Source: Thermodesulfobacteriota bacterium (GTDB taxonomy: Bacteria > Desulfobacterota > Binatia > Bin18). Taken from it: DNA of 64,000 nucleotides. The translations under genes were made by a program, and so were the position numbers. Numbering within the stretch: the first letter of the stretch is position 1; each line of letters starts with the position of its first letter. Shown one piece after another: positions 17,797 to 28,035 of this stretch. Location of the stretch: positions 3,392,001 through 3,456,000 of the forward strand of contig OZ219926.1 in NCBI GenBank assembly GCA_964291405.2. The letters are read 5' to 3'. The notes beneath the pieces were generated by a model. That model worked only from the letters and a program-made list of their open reading frames with translations, was not told where the DNA came from and ran no database searches.

Positions 17797-19056
17797 TTAG
17801 TGAAAGCCCATGAGATTATGATAATAATCCCAATAGCCACGAATGGCACTCTCGGTTAAGAGATTCTCCTGATTCTCTCTTCCCGTACCACCGAAGGCGA
17901 GCAGGGAGCATTCGTCCTTTTCCCGGGCGATAGCCTGCTGGACCAATTCGGTGGCGTAGCCATCTTCCATGGAAATATAACCGGCCGGGCCGACCAGATT
18001 GGCCTGTTTGATACGGATACGGCGGATTTCTTCGTCATCATCTTCATAGCCAAAGAACGTAAACAACAGTTCAAACTGATCCGGTCCCTTGGGCAGAATA
18101 TGTCGGGTCGCCAGCGTGTTTTGAATCTGCTGGACGACCAGGCACGGAAAAATCATCTGAATGTGGTTGGTTAATTCCACCTCAAATTCTTTGCGTGAAG
18201 TGAGAAGCGAGGGGTCGGCGAGGGTGTAGTCGGTCTGGTAACTGCGGATGTTCTTACCTGTGTAGGCGGCCACCTCTTCTTGCTCCGTCTTTTTATACGC
18301 GCGCAGCATGCTGTGTCGGCCCGACTCATCCATAATCACACCGCCCCCTTGAGATGAACGATAGATACCAAAAGTGGTGTGAAAAAGGTGCAAAAGACTG
18401 GCGTGATAGGGGTCTTTTACATTCTCCGAGTAGAGTTTCCAGTTGGCATGAACGAACTGGCGGGCGTAGCCTAGCACCCGGACCGGTCGGTTGAAGACCC
18501 GGTCGAGCCACGGCCGCATGGCCGGCCCCAGATAGTCGGCCAGCGATTCAGCCTCGGAAGAAAAGGAGGCAAAGATCAGCCCGTTATAGGTATCCACGCG
18601 CAGTTTCCGGAGGGAGTGCTGGGCGGGATCAAAGTCGGTCGGGTACCCGCCCTGACGGCGGATACCGGTACGAAACGGAATGCCGATTAGATCGCCCTGC
18701 TGGTTATAACTCCACTGGTGGTAGATACAGGTATGGGTGGCCCGGTTGCCCCGAGACTCGCGACACACCATTGCCCCGCGATGCGCGCAGCGATTCACAA
18801 AGGCGTGCAGCTTCCCCGCTTTGTCGCGTGACACAACGACGGGCGTGTCGCCGACAAAGGTTGTTCGGAAATCGCCGGGGTTGGCCACCTCCGCTTCGAG
18901 CCCTACATAGCTCCAGGTTGGACCTCTGAAGATGCGTTCCTGTTCCAGGTTGTAGACGGTAGGGTCGCAAAAGACCTGATACGGGACTGAGGTCATCCCC
19001 ACTGGCGTCGGCCAACTCAACGCGACGGGCGCATTGTCCATGGGTGAAAGGCTCAT
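17797..19056 (-). CDS. Rieske aromatic ring-hydroxylating oxygenase alpha subunit (salicylate/anthranilate/terephthalate-type group)
   Basis: Rieske motif CAH...CIYH; mononuclear Fe motif 'NWKLYSENVKDPYHASLLH'; 'GPAGYISMED'; AAGGAGG before ATG 19056. Confidence 0.92.
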   Translation of the reverse strand: MSLSPMDNAPVALSWPTPVGMTSVPYQVFCDPTVYNLEQERIFRGPTWSYVGLEAEVANPGDFRTTFVGDTPVVVSRDKAGKLHAFVNRCAHRGAMVCRESRGNRATHTCIYHQWSYNQQGDLIGIPFRTGIRRQGGYPTDFDPAQHSLRKLRVDTYNGLIFASFSSEAESLADYLGPAMRPWLDRVFNRPVRVLGYARQFVHANWKLYSENVKDPYHASLLHLFHTTFGIYRSSQGGGVIMDESGRHSMLRAYKKTEQEEVAAYTGKNIRSYQTDYTLADPSLLTSRKEFEVELTNHIQMIFPCLVVQQIQNTLATRHILPKGPDQFELLFTFFGYEDDDEEIRRIRIKQANLVGPAGYISMEDGYATELVQQAIAREKDECSLLAFGGTGRENQENLLTESAIRGYWDYYHNLMGFH

Positions 19057-19126
19057 CTGAGCACCTCCTTGATAAGCGCTTTTCTCCTCCCACCTTCTTT
19101 CCCTAGTAGACACCGGTTTGTGTCGA

Positions 19127-19156
19127 TTGACAAGCTATATTTGAGGCGCGTATACG
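19127..19156 (+). promoter_or_regulatory. Putative sigma70 promoter of the ligAB-like operon
   Basis: TTGACA-N18-TATACG, about 50 bp upstream of ATG 19206. Confidence 0.45.
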
Positions 19157-19205
19157 AGGAGCAGGGGGGCTGTCACAACAGGCTCTGAGAGAAGAGGGAG
19201 GACCT

Positions 19206-19463
19206 ATGAGTGCGCAAAGCCTAAACATCATGTTGGTTGACCTGTTCCGATCCGAGACGGAGTTGGCCCAGTACCAGAAAGACCCCGAGGTAATTCTGGC
19301 AAACTACGATGTCACGGACGAAGAGCGGACGCGGCTCAAAGACCCAGACTGGGGGTGGCTCTATACGCACGGGATTCATCCCTACATTCTGGTCCAGTTT
19401 GCCTTAGCCATGGGGGTAGAGATTCCGCAGTATGTGCAGCAGGTGAAAGAAGCGACCGGGTAG
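19206..19463 (+). CDS. Extradiol dioxygenase small subunit (LigA/CarBa-like)
   Basis: 85 aa with 'DPE..LA.YD.T.EER..L...D...LY..GIHP', directly upstream of a LigB-like gene. Confidence 0.8.
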   Translation: MSAQSLNIMLVDLFRSETELAQYQKDPEVILANYDVTDEERTRLKDPDWGWLYTHGIHPYILVQFALAMGVEIPQYVQQVKEATG

Positions 19464-19509
19464 GGCGGCCAACTCGGAGACCCGTCAAACGAGAAAAAAG
19501 GAGAACCAA

Positions 19510-20331
19510 ATGGCGAATATCGTTGCAGCCATGTCGTCAGTTCACAGTCCCCTGATGATGAGTGCGCCCCAGATGGCGGATGAGGCCACCTGGGGAAGGA
19601 TCAATACGGGTTTCGATACCCTCCGAGAAACCTTTACCTCTGCTGGAGCCGATACGATCGTCGTTATCTCAGACGAACATTTTAATGCGCTTGACCCGCG
19701 TCGCTATCCGTCGTTTGGTGTGGTGACCGCTGAGACGAGCGTCGGCCCAGTGGAAAACTGGCTCGGCGTGCCCTGCAACAGTATCTCGGTCAATTTTGAG
19801 CCGGAGCTGGCTGAAGCGGTCCTCGACGAGGGGGTTCGCCAAGGCTTCGATTTGACGCGGATTGGCGAAGTGGGCTTGGACCATGGATTTCTCACCTGTC
19901 TGAACTTTCTCACGCCGCAGTGGGATATGTCCTATCTGTGGCTGATTCAGAACTGTGTCCTGCCGCCCCTGCCGAGCCTGAAGCGGTGTTATGATTTTGG
20001 GCGGATGGTCGGACAAGCCATCCGGTCGTGGGATAGCTCCCGCCGCGTGGCCCTGCTCGGTACGGGTGGGTTGTCGCATGCGGTTGGCACGCCGGATATG
20101 GGCAAGGTGGACGCGCACTTCGATAGAAAATTCCTCGATCTCCTGTGCCAACAGGACCCGGCCATGCTCGATATCACGGATGCGGAGATTGATGCGATCG
20201 GCAACGGCACGCACGAGATTCGGAACTGGATTGCGGTGGCTGGGGCGGTCGAAGGCGCAAAGGGCGAAGTCGTCATGTATGAAGAAGGAACCATGGTCGT
20301 AGGATTCGGCATGATGCAGTTCCAACTGTAA
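19510..20331 (+). CDS. Class III extradiol ring-cleavage dioxygenase catalytic subunit (LigB/CarBb-like)
   Basis: SSVHSP, SDEHF, LDHG, GTGGLSH and HEIRNW motifs. Confidence 0.9.
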   Translation: MANIVAAMSSVHSPLMMSAPQMADEATWGRINTGFDTLRETFTSAGADTIVVISDEHFNALDPRRYPSFGVVTAETSVGPVENWLGVPCNSISVNFEPELAEAVLDEGVRQGFDLTRIGEVGLDHGFLTCLNFLTPQWDMSYLWLIQNCVLPPLPSLKRCYDFGRMVGQAIRSWDSSRRVALLGTGGLSHAVGTPDMGKVDAHFDRKFLDLLCQQDPAMLDITDAEIDAIGNGTHEIRNWIAVAGAVEGAKGEVVMYEEGTMVVGFGMMQFQL

Positions 20332-20374
20332 AGCCCGTTCCGCGAAGAGAAAACGTCTCCAGCATCTCGTCGCT

Positions 20375-21286
20375 ATGGAAGGAGACATTGCCTCTTTAGC
20401 TCGGATGAGTGGAGCCAGGCCGCGTGGAACGCTCGCTGTTCTGGGCGTGGGCATCCTCGCCATCTCGACAGCCGCGCCGCTGATAAAACTTGTCCCCGAC
20501 GTCCCGCCGCTCGTGGTAGCTGCCTTCCGGCTGGGTCTCGCCGCGCTGATATTCACCCCGCTGAGCCTCGTCCGGATCCGAACTGCGGGCAGCTCACCAT
20601 CGCTTCCTGACTTGTTGGTGGTGAGTGTGGCCGGTCTGTGTCTGGCACTCCACTTTGCCGCCTGGATTGCCTCGCTCCGCTACACCTCTGTCGCGAGTTC
20701 CGTGGCACTGGTGACCATGAATCCGCTCCTGCTCGCTATCGCCGGCTATCTCATCTGGCGAGAGCGACTCGTCCGGCGGCAGTGGTGTGGGATAGGCTTG
20801 GCATTACTGGGCAGCCTGTGTATAGGCTGGAACGATTTTCAGCAGGCAGGGCCAGCCCTAGAGTCCGCGCTGTATGGCGATGTCTTAGCCATATGCGGTG
20901 CAGTCATGATCTCTGCCTACCTGCTGTGTGGACGCCTGGCTCGACCGCGTCTCGGCCTGAGCGTGTATGTCGGGCTGGTCTATGGGTGTGCGGCGGTTAC
21001 CTTACTCACCGGCTGTTTTGTCCTCCAACTGCCGTTACTGGGCTATGCCCCACGGGTCTACCTCGTCCTGATCCTGCTTGCCCTTATCCCTCAAGTGTTG
21101 GGCCATACCATTCTGAACTGGGCATTGGCCTATATGTCTCCGACACTGGTCGCACTGGCGATTCTTGGCGAACCTCTTGGAGCTGCCCTGTTGGCCTGGA
21201 TATTTCTTAACGAGTCAGTGAGTCTGCTCCAAGGGATAGGGGCGGTAGGCCTGCTGACGGGGATTGTGCTGGGACAGCAACGTTGA
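20375..21286 (+). CDS. DMT/EamA family transporter
   Basis: About 10 TM segments; 'HFAAWIASL.YTSVASS', 'GHT..NWAL', 'LGEP'. Confidence 0.88.
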   Translation: MEGDIASLARMSGARPRGTLAVLGVGILAISTAAPLIKLVPDVPPLVVAAFRLGLAALIFTPLSLVRIRTAGSSPSLPDLLVVSVAGLCLALHFAAWIASLRYTSVASSVALVTMNPLLLAIAGYLIWRERLVRRQWCGIGLALLGSLCIGWNDFQQAGPALESALYGDVLAICGAVMISAYLLCGRLARPRLGLSVYVGLVYGCAAVTLLTGCFVLQLPLLGYAPRVYLVLILLALIPQVLGHTILNWALAYMSPTLVALAILGEPLGAALLAWIFLNESVSLLQGIGAVGLLTGIVLGQQR

Positions 21287-21347
21287 CGGAATGGAGATGC
21301 TGAGGAAGCGGCCCGACACAGGGCAACCACACGGGTTGCCCTGATCG

Positions 21348-22055
21348 CTAGTCATCATTCGCCAGGGAGAGCAGAATTTGCAGCAGATACCAGAACATCA
21401 GGGCCACACCGGCAAACAGCGCCAGCGAGGCGGCGACGTGCTGGTCGGGCCGATAGTGGTGAATAATGTTCGAGGTCGTATACAGAATAGACCCGGCGGC
21501 AAAGGCAACCATAATGGTGGAGAAGAACAACCCCAGGCTAAAGCCAAACAGCATGCTGGCCAAGATCACCCCCAGGGCGACAAATCCGCCTACGGTGAGA
21601 ATGCCTCGTAGAAAGGAGAAGTCTTTGCGGGTGGTGAAAGCCGTGAACGTCAGCCCACCAAACAGCAGCAAGGTCATCAGCCCCGCCGTCGGAATCACAT
21701 CCGGCGAGCTATAGTGCGTCGCAATATACAGCATGGGGAGAAAGATGACCGCCTGGGCCACGATATACAGACCCAGTCCCAGGTATTGCATCTGCGGCGA
21801 GGTATCAGACTGCGCCCAGCGGTCGGCCAGCCAGGACACGCCCATGAATGCGGCGAGCACGACGAACCAGCCGTAACCACCAACCATGGTCTGAACCAGA
21901 GCGGGCGCAAACGACGACTGCAATAGGAGATTTTCAACCAGGATAAAGGCCAGTATCGCCAACGCGAGGTGGGTATACGTGCGGCGAATAAACTCCGCGC
22001 GCGCCACCTCGGATGCATAGGCCGCGGGCCGAGAATACGTCATCGTTGAAGCCAT
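21348..22055 (-). CDS. Bax inhibitor-1/YccA family membrane protein
   Basis: 'RAEFIRRTYTHL', 'TRKDFSFL', 'ILYTTSNI', 'ASLALF'; about 7 TM segments. Confidence 0.88.
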   Translation of the reverse strand: MASTMTYSRPAAYASEVARAEFIRRTYTHLALAILAFILVENLLLQSSFAPALVQTMVGGYGWFVVLAAFMGVSWLADRWAQSDTSPQMQYLGLGLYIVAQAVIFLPMLYIATHYSSPDVIPTAGLMTLLLFGGLTFTAFTTRKDFSFLRGILTVGGFVALGVILASMLFGFSLGLFFSTIMVAFAAGSILYTTSNIIHHYRPDQHVAASLALFAGVALMFWYLLQILLSLANDD

Positions 22056-22223
22056 ACATACCTCCGTGGAGTTGACTATCCTTTTCTCAAGCTAATGCCC
22101 TGACAGGGGACAGTCAATGCCGGACGAGATTGGAAGAAAGAGTTGTAAAAAGAAGGGGCAGCCCGGTGTGGCCGCCCCTCTATATTCGACGGTAAAGAAA
22201 TAGGCGCGCAGTCTCGTACGCGT

Positions 22224-23150
22224 TTATTGAGCAAACGCCGCTTTCAGCCCCTCAGCCACTTCCGCTAGCGCTTTCTTCTGGGCATCAAGATGGAAGAAGC
22301 TGAAGAAGCCGTGAATCGTTCCGTCGTAGCGGGATATTGTGATATCCGCACCGGCGTCTTGGAGCTTTTTGCCGTAGGCCTCGCCCTCGTCGCGCAGAGG
22401 ATCAAACTCGGCCGTGATCACCAACCCTGGCGGCGGACTGTTCACGTATTTGGCCAGGAGCGGGGAGGCGTACGGGCTCTTTCCGGCCTCGTCGTTTTCA
22501 AGATAATGGTCCCAGAACCACACCATGGAGTCCTTGGTCAGCAGATAATCTTCCCCGTTCTGCTTGCACGACTCGGTATCAAAGGAATGGTTGGTGACCG
22601 GATAGAGCAGCAGTTGGTAGGCGAGCGAAGGGGCACCACGATCGCCGGACATGAGCGCCACTGCTGCGGCTAGGTTGCCGCCAGCACTGTCACCGCCAAT
22701 CGCCACCCGTTGCGGGTCGCCGCCAATAGAAGCGACATTGAGCACCGCCCATTTGGTCGCTTCGTAACAATCTTCAGGCGCCGCGGGGAATTTGTGCTCC
22801 GGAGCGAGGCGGTAATCGACGGCAATCGTGATGCAACCGGCGGCGTTAGTCAGGGCGCGACAGGTTGCATCGTGGCTTTCGAGGTCGCCGACCACCCAGC
22901 CACCCCCATGAAAAAAGACCAGAACGGGAAGCGGACCGTCTCCCTCGGGCGTATAGATTCGAACCGGCAGGTCACCGTTCGGGGTCGGAATATTCCGATC
23001 TTCAACCTTGGCAACCGGCTCTGGATTCTCAATCTGGAAGAGCTGCTGAATGGCTTGGCGTGCTTCTGCAACCTCCATTTCATTAAAGCCGCGACCACCG
23101 GCGGCCACGAGTTGGTCAATAAAGGCTTGTTCCTGCTGACCTAGGGGCAT
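22224..23150 (-). CDS. Alpha/beta hydrolase, HSL-family esterase/lipase
   Basis: [25 protein letters not shown] and HGF motifs. Confidence 0.92.
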   Translation of the reverse strand: MPLGQQEQAFIDQLVAAGGRGFNEMEVAEARQAIQQLFQIENPEPVAKVEDRNIPTPNGDLPVRIYTPEGDGPLPVLVFFHGGGWVVGDLESHDATCRALTNAAGCITIAVDYRLAPEHKFPAAPEDCYEATKWAVLNVASIGGDPQRVAIGGDSAGGNLAAAVALMSGDRGAPSLAYQLLLYPVTNHSFDTESCKQNGEDYLLTKDSMVWFWDHYLENDEAGKSPYASPLLAKYVNSPPPGLVITAEFDPLRDEGEAYGKKLQDAGADITISRYDGTIHGFFSFFHLDAQKKALAEVAEGLKAAFAQ

Positions 23151-23372
23151 ACTTCCCTCCTTGCTGTGATTCGTGCTGTGCTGTGTCGATAGGTCACGAC
23201 CGGAATGAGATGTTTATCTGGGGTGAGTGGTATTTTTCAAGAGGGCAATCGAGGCAGGCATGCGTACGCGCAGCGTATGGCCGAGGCACGCCCGCCGATA
23301 ACTCTGGCTGACTGTGGGAAGAGGCGCACGATTGAGACTGAACCCGAGGTTCCCTCTTTTTAGCCAGAAATC

Positions 23373-24347
23373 TTAGGGTGTTGACCGGGCGTTCGCCTGC
23401 CCGTTCACCCAGCGGGCAAATTTGTCCGTTTCATTCCGGGCCTGCCGCCACAGGAGTTGAACCGCGCGGTCCGGGTCCCAGCTGCCAGGCCGCTCAATGA
23501 AGTCAAAGCCCAGTTTATCCGGCGAGTCTTTAATGCTCGAACGGAGAAACGGATATTTATCCACCCATGCGGTGACAGGTGAATCGTAAAAATAAGGAAC
23601 GGCTTCGGAAGTAAAGCTTATGGCCCGACCCTGCCGGATGTCTTTCCGTTCACTGCTGATGTAGTCATGCTTATACTGACGGATCGCACGGGCCGTCTCA
23701 TAATAACCAAAGAGGACTCTGGCGCCGGCCACCACGCGCTTTTCTGCATCTCCTTGGCTTTGGCGGCCCAAGGTGCGGATACGATTCCTGGCCTCTCGTA
23801 CGCCCTTTTCGTAGACTGGAAGGGGGCCGGACAGCACGGCCAGCGTTTCCAGTCCGCGCAAGGTGGCGAGGGCCTGGTCGCCTATGGCACCCGTTCTCGC
23901 TTGCATCCCTTCCGGCAACGGTGCCGTCAACATGGTTTGCAGGCCGGCGACCGCCTGTTTCTCCTCTTTCTTCTCTTCTATCCGTTGCCAAATTTCGGGC
24001 TCAAAAAAGATCGGGCGTCGCTTCCCCTTACGGGCGACTAACAGCAGGACAGCCTTTTGCTTTTTCTGAGCATCACGGACTGCCTTGCGATAACTCTTAC
24101 AGTTTTGAATAGGCCAGCTATTCACTTGCTCAAGGACGTCGCCCTTGCGTAACCCAACGCGTGAGCCTGGGGTGAGCTGGGCAATCTCAGCAATAGGGAG
24201 ACCGGGTGCATCTTTTTGCTTGGTTGGATGGAGGGTGAGACCCAGATACTCTTGCGCTTCCTGACAGGGGTTTGCTCTGGCGGGAGACGGCTGAAAAAAG
24301 AAACTCAGTGTGATCACGGTCGCAAAAACAAAAGCAGAATATCTCAC
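23373..24347 (-). CDS. Exported PDZ-domain-containing protein
   Basis: Signal peptide ending ARA; PDZ-like 'YLGL...PGS..GLRKGDV..QVN'. Confidence 0.7.
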   Translation of the reverse strand: MRYSAFVFATVITLSFFFQPSPARANPCQEAQEYLGLTLHPTKQKDAPGLPIAEIAQLTPGSRVGLRKGDVLEQVNSWPIQNCKSYRKAVRDAQKKQKAVLLLVARKGKRRPIFFEPEIWQRIEEKKEEKQAVAGLQTMLTAPLPEGMQARTGAIGDQALATLRGLETLAVLSGPLPVYEKGVREARNRIRTLGRQSQGDAEKRVVAGARVLFGYYETARAIRQYKHDYISSERKDIRQGRAISFTSEAVPYFYDSPVTAWVDKYPFLRSSIKDSPDKLGFDFIERPGSWDPDRAVQLLWRQARNETDKFARWVNGQANARSTP

Positions 24348-24519
24348 GGTGCTCTTCCTTCTCTCTTGGTTACCCGCATTTTATATATGGGAGCCTATCG
24401 AGTCCGGTCAAGGCGCATACCGGACGAAGTATGGTTGAAAGCGAGCCAGGGTTGTCGCTTCTACATCAACGGTAGCTAAGGGATTCGAATCGAAGCCTGA
24501 GGCCGGGCGGACGGTGGAG

Positions 24520-25374
24520 CTATCTCTCCCCCCAGCGAAGTTTGCTGCGCAGGACATCAAAGAAGGTCCGATTGGGGGAGATGATGAGCGGTACGGTCAC
24601 GCGAGAGCGTTGAATACACACGGTGTCCCCACTCTTGAGCGGATGCCCTTCTTGGCCGTCCAGGGTCAGGGTGACGTCCTCATCCGGAGTCTGAACCACA
24701 ACGTTGATATCGGCTTGGTCCGGGAGAATAACCGGGCGATTTGTCAGCGTATGCGGACAGATTGGCGTCAGCACGACAACGCCAAGCGAGGCATCAACAA
24801 TCGGCCCGCCCGCCGCCAGCGAATAGGCGGTCGAGCCGGTTGGGGTGGCGACAATGAGTCCGTCCGCTTTATAGGTACATAAGTGTTTGCCATCTACCCA
24901 GGTGGCAAGATCCATAATACGGGCCAGAGCCCCTTTATTAATGACCGCGTCATTCAGCGCCTGAAAAGTGCCAATCGGCTGCTTGTCGCGGACAAGTGTG
25001 GTCGTGAGCAGGCTGCGCCGGTCGATTGTATAATCGCCAGCGAGGATGCGTGTGAGCGTAGTAAACAGCTCTTCGGTCGTTGTTTCGGTTAAAAAGCCCA
25101 GCCCGCCAAGATTGACGCCAAGAATAGGTGCTTCCCGTGGCGTTGCCCGACGGGCAACGCTGAGCAGCGTCCCGTCACCGCCTAGCACGACAACCAGGTC
25201 GGCCTGGGCCATGATCTCGACTTTACGCCACCCTCGCCCCAGACCGAGCTCTTCACTGGTGCGGTCCTCCGGCAGAATGCTCTTACCGCGCTCTTGCAGC
25301 CAGGCAATTAGGTCGCGACCCAGCGCAATCGCTGCTGGCGTATTGACTTTGATGACCAGACCGATTGTCTGCAT
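24520..25374 (-). CDS. nadK: NAD(+) kinase
   Basis: GGDGT, 'GVNLG.LGFL', 'ALND', 'ADGLIVATPTGSTAYSL.AGG'. Confidence 0.96.
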   Translation of the reverse strand: MQTIGLVIKVNTPAAIALGRDLIAWLQERGKSILPEDRTSEELGLGRGWRKVEIMAQADLVVVLGGDGTLLSVARRATPREAPILGVNLGGLGFLTETTTEELFTTLTRILAGDYTIDRRSLLTTTLVRDKQPIGTFQALNDAVINKGALARIMDLATWVDGKHLCTYKADGLIVATPTGSTAYSLAAGGPIVDASLGVVVLTPICPHTLTNRPVILPDQADINVVVQTPDEDVTLTLDGQEGHPLKSGDTVCIQRSRVTVPLIISPNRTFFDVLRSKLRWGER

Positions 25375-25421
25375 ATATCGAGCGGGGCGGTGAAGGCGCT
25401 CCCTTTTCTCCGTGTCTCGCG

Positions 25422-25427
25422 TATAAT
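25422..25427 (+). promoter_or_regulatory. -10 box (TATAAT), possibly for a leaderless rarA transcript
   Basis: TATAAT 9 bp upstream of ATG 25437, with no Shine-Dalgarno sequence. Confidence 0.4.
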
Positions 25428-25436
25428 GGCCTACCT

Positions 25437-26801
25437 ATGGCAATCCGTCAGCCTCACCTGAAGGACCAGCATAATTTATTTGCTCATACTGCCGAAAAGG
25501 AAGTAACCAAGAAAGCCCCTCTGGCCGAGCGCATGCGACCCCAGACGCTGGATACCTATATTGGCCAGATGCATCTCCTCGGGCCGGGTCGCCTCCTGCG
25601 CCAAATGATCGAGCAGAAAACGCTGACGTCTCTGATCCTATGGGGGCCGCCCGGCAGTGGCAAAACGACCCTGGCCCGGGTGCTCGCCCAGGCTGTAGAA
25701 TTGCCATGGGCGAGCTTTTCAGCGGTGCTGTCCGGGGTTAAAGAGCTGCGTCTCATCCTGGCGGATGCGCAGCGGCACCAGCAGCAAACGGGGCAGTCGA
25801 CCGTTGTATTTGTGGACGAAATCCACCGTTTCAATAAAGCCCAACAGGACGCCTTTCTGCCGCATGTAGAACAGGGACTGATTATCCTGATTGGCGCAAC
25901 AACGGAAAATCCATCTTTTGAAGTGATTGCTCCTCTCTTGTCGCGCTCTCGCGTGGTGGTGCTGGAAGCGCTTGAAGCAGAGCATCTCGTCCAGATTCTG
26001 TCTCACGCCTTACAGGACACCGACTGCGGCCTTGGGCAGCATCAGATTGAAGCGGACGAAGCCGTGCTGCGGACCATCGCCGAGTCTGCGCAGGGAGATG
26101 CCAGGGTCGCCTTAAATACCCTTGAGGTGGCAACGACCCTGGCGGTCCAGAAAAAAGCCACATGCCTGGACGTGGCCCTGGTGCAAGAAGCAACCCAGCG
26201 GAAGGCGATCCTGTACGACAAGGCTGGGGAGGAACACTATAATGTCATTTCCGCCTTTATTAAGAGCCTGCGTGGGAGTGATCCCGATGCGGCCTTATAT
26301 TGGATGATGCGCATGCTGGAGGCGGGGGAAGATATTCTCTTTATTGCCAGACGGATGGTCATCTTCGCAGCCGAAGACATTGGCAATGCCGACCCGCAGG
26401 CATTGTCTCTGGCTATAGCGACCAAGGAAGCGGTGCATTTCGTCGGGCTGCCGGAGGCGCGTATTCCATTAGCCCAAGCCGCCACCTATCTTGCGGTCGC
26501 GCCCAAATCGAACGCGTCATATAAAGCCATGACCGCCGCCCAGGCAGATGTGCAGACCCATGGTCCTTTGCCCGTTCCGCTCCATTTGCGGAACGCGCCA
26601 ACAAAACTGATGAAAAACCTGGAGTATGGCAAGGGGTACCAGTATGCGCATGATTACGAAGATGCCGTTGTGACCCAGACTCATTTGCCTGAGAAGCTGA
26701 CCCAACGACGGTATTATCAGCCCAGCGACCGCGGCCATGAAAAAGTCATGGGTGAGAGGCTGAAGGCACGGCGGAAAAGGCGAACGGGCCCTCAGGACTG
26801 A
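25437..26801 (+). CDS. rarA: Replication-associated recombination protein A (RarA/MgsA)
   Basis: PLAERMRP, WGPPGSGKTT, DEIHRFNK, ATTENPSF, SAFIKS.RGSD, VPLHLRNAPT. Confidence 0.95.
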   Translation: MAIRQPHLKDQHNLFAHTAEKEVTKKAPLAERMRPQTLDTYIGQMHLLGPGRLLRQMIEQKTLTSLILWGPPGSGKTTLARVLAQAVELPWASFSAVLSGVKELRLILADAQRHQQQTGQSTVVFVDEIHRFNKAQQDAFLPHVEQGLIILIGATTENPSFEVIAPLLSRSRVVVLEALEAEHLVQILSHALQDTDCGLGQHQIEADEAVLRTIAESAQGDARVALNTLEVATTLAVQKKATCLDVALVQEATQRKAILYDKAGEEHYNVISAFIKSLRGSDPDAALYWMMRMLEAGEDILFIARRMVIFAAEDIGNADPQALSLAIATKEAVHFVGLPEARIPLAQAATYLAVAPKSNASYKAMTAAQADVQTHGPLPVPLHLRNAPTKLMKNLEYGKGYQYAHDYEDAVVTQTHLPEKLTQRRYYQPSDRGHEKVMGERLKARRKRRTGPQD

Positions 26802-26875
26802 AACGGAGCGGATACCCGATGCCTGAGGCGGGGCGGCGTCTGCATCCGTGCTGCAATACGGAAGGAGAAATACAC

Positions 26876-28030
26876 ATGGCATACCCACCACCGGAACCTT
26901 TTACGATTGCTATTCCGGATGCGGTGCTGAAGGATCTGGAAAATCGGCTCAGCCGTGTTCGCTGGCCGGGCGAGCTGCCCGATTCAGACTGGGACTACGG
27001 CGCGAATCTTTCCTATATCCAGCAACTCGTTGAATACTGGCGCACTGAGTATGACTGGCGTGCTCAGGAACGGGCGCTGAATCGCTGGAAACATTTCAAA
27101 ACTACTATAGACGGACAGGGGATTCATTTTATCCATGCGCGTGGGAAAGGTCCCGTGCCGCTGCCGCTGATTATTTCGCACGGTTGGCCTGGCTCGTTTT
27201 ATGAGTTTATGGATGTGATTGGGCCGTTGACCGATCCCGCCGCCTATGGTGGTGACCCGGCCGACGCATTCGATGTGGTGGTGCCATCTCTACCGGGCTA
27301 TGGATTTTCCGACCCACCCCAAGAGCGCAAAGTCAATATCAGCCGCATGGCTGAGTGGTTCGCCGTCTTGATGAGAGAGGTCCTTGGCTATGAGCGCTAC
27401 GGTGCCCAGGGGGGCGACTGGGGCTCCATGATTTCGTCCCGGCTAGGCTATGCCTACCCTGAGCAGCTGATCGGTGTGCATCTCAATATGGTCGGGATCG
27501 CGCCCCACCCAGCCAACCGCCAAAACTTGAGCCCTGCGGAAGAGGAATTTCTAAAAGGTATGAGAACCTGGCAACGCGAGGAACGCGGCTACCAGGAAAT
27601 TCAGGGTACCAAGCCTCAGACCTTGGGCTTTGCACTCAACGACTCGCCGGTTGGAGTATGCGCCTGGATCGTTGAAAAGTTTCGGACTTGGAGTGACTGT
27701 GACGGAAATCCAGAAAACTCCTATACCAAAGACCAACTGCTGACCAACGTCATGATTTACTGGGTCACGCAGACCTTCCATGCGGCGTCCCGCATTTATT
27801 ATGAAGAGCGGCACTATCCGTGGCGGCTGGGAAAAGACGAAAAAGTGAGCGCACCCACCGGGATCGCCGCCTTTCCCAAAGAGATTGCCTGCCCGCCGCG
27901 GGAATGGGCCGAGCGGGCGTATAATGTTCAGCACTGGACTGCCATGCCGGCCGGCGGCCATTTTGCGGCCATGGAGCAGCCTGCGTTACTGGTCGAGGAT
28001 ATTCGGGCGTTCTTTCGCAGTCTGCGTTAA
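26876..28030 (+). CDS. Epoxide hydrolase (microsomal/EHN type)
   Basis: 'YWRTEYDWR', HGWPGS, PSLPGYGFS, GGDWG, GGHFAAME. Confidence 0.92.
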   Translation: MAYPPPEPFTIAIPDAVLKDLENRLSRVRWPGELPDSDWDYGANLSYIQQLVEYWRTEYDWRAQERALNRWKHFKTTIDGQGIHFIHARGKGPVPLPLIISHGWPGSFYEFMDVIGPLTDPAAYGGDPADAFDVVVPSLPGYGFSDPPQERKVNISRMAEWFAVLMREVLGYERYGAQGGDWGSMISSRLGYAYPEQLIGVHLNMVGIAPHPANRQNLSPAEEEFLKGMRTWQREERGYQEIQGTKPQTLGFALNDSPVGVCAWIVEKFRTWSDCDGNPENSYTKDQLLTNVMIYWVTQTFHAASRIYYEERHYPWRLGKDEKVSAPTGIAAFPKEIACPPREWAERAYNVQHWTAMPAGGHFAAMEQPALLVEDIRAFFRSLR

Positions 28031-28035
28031 GGTCG

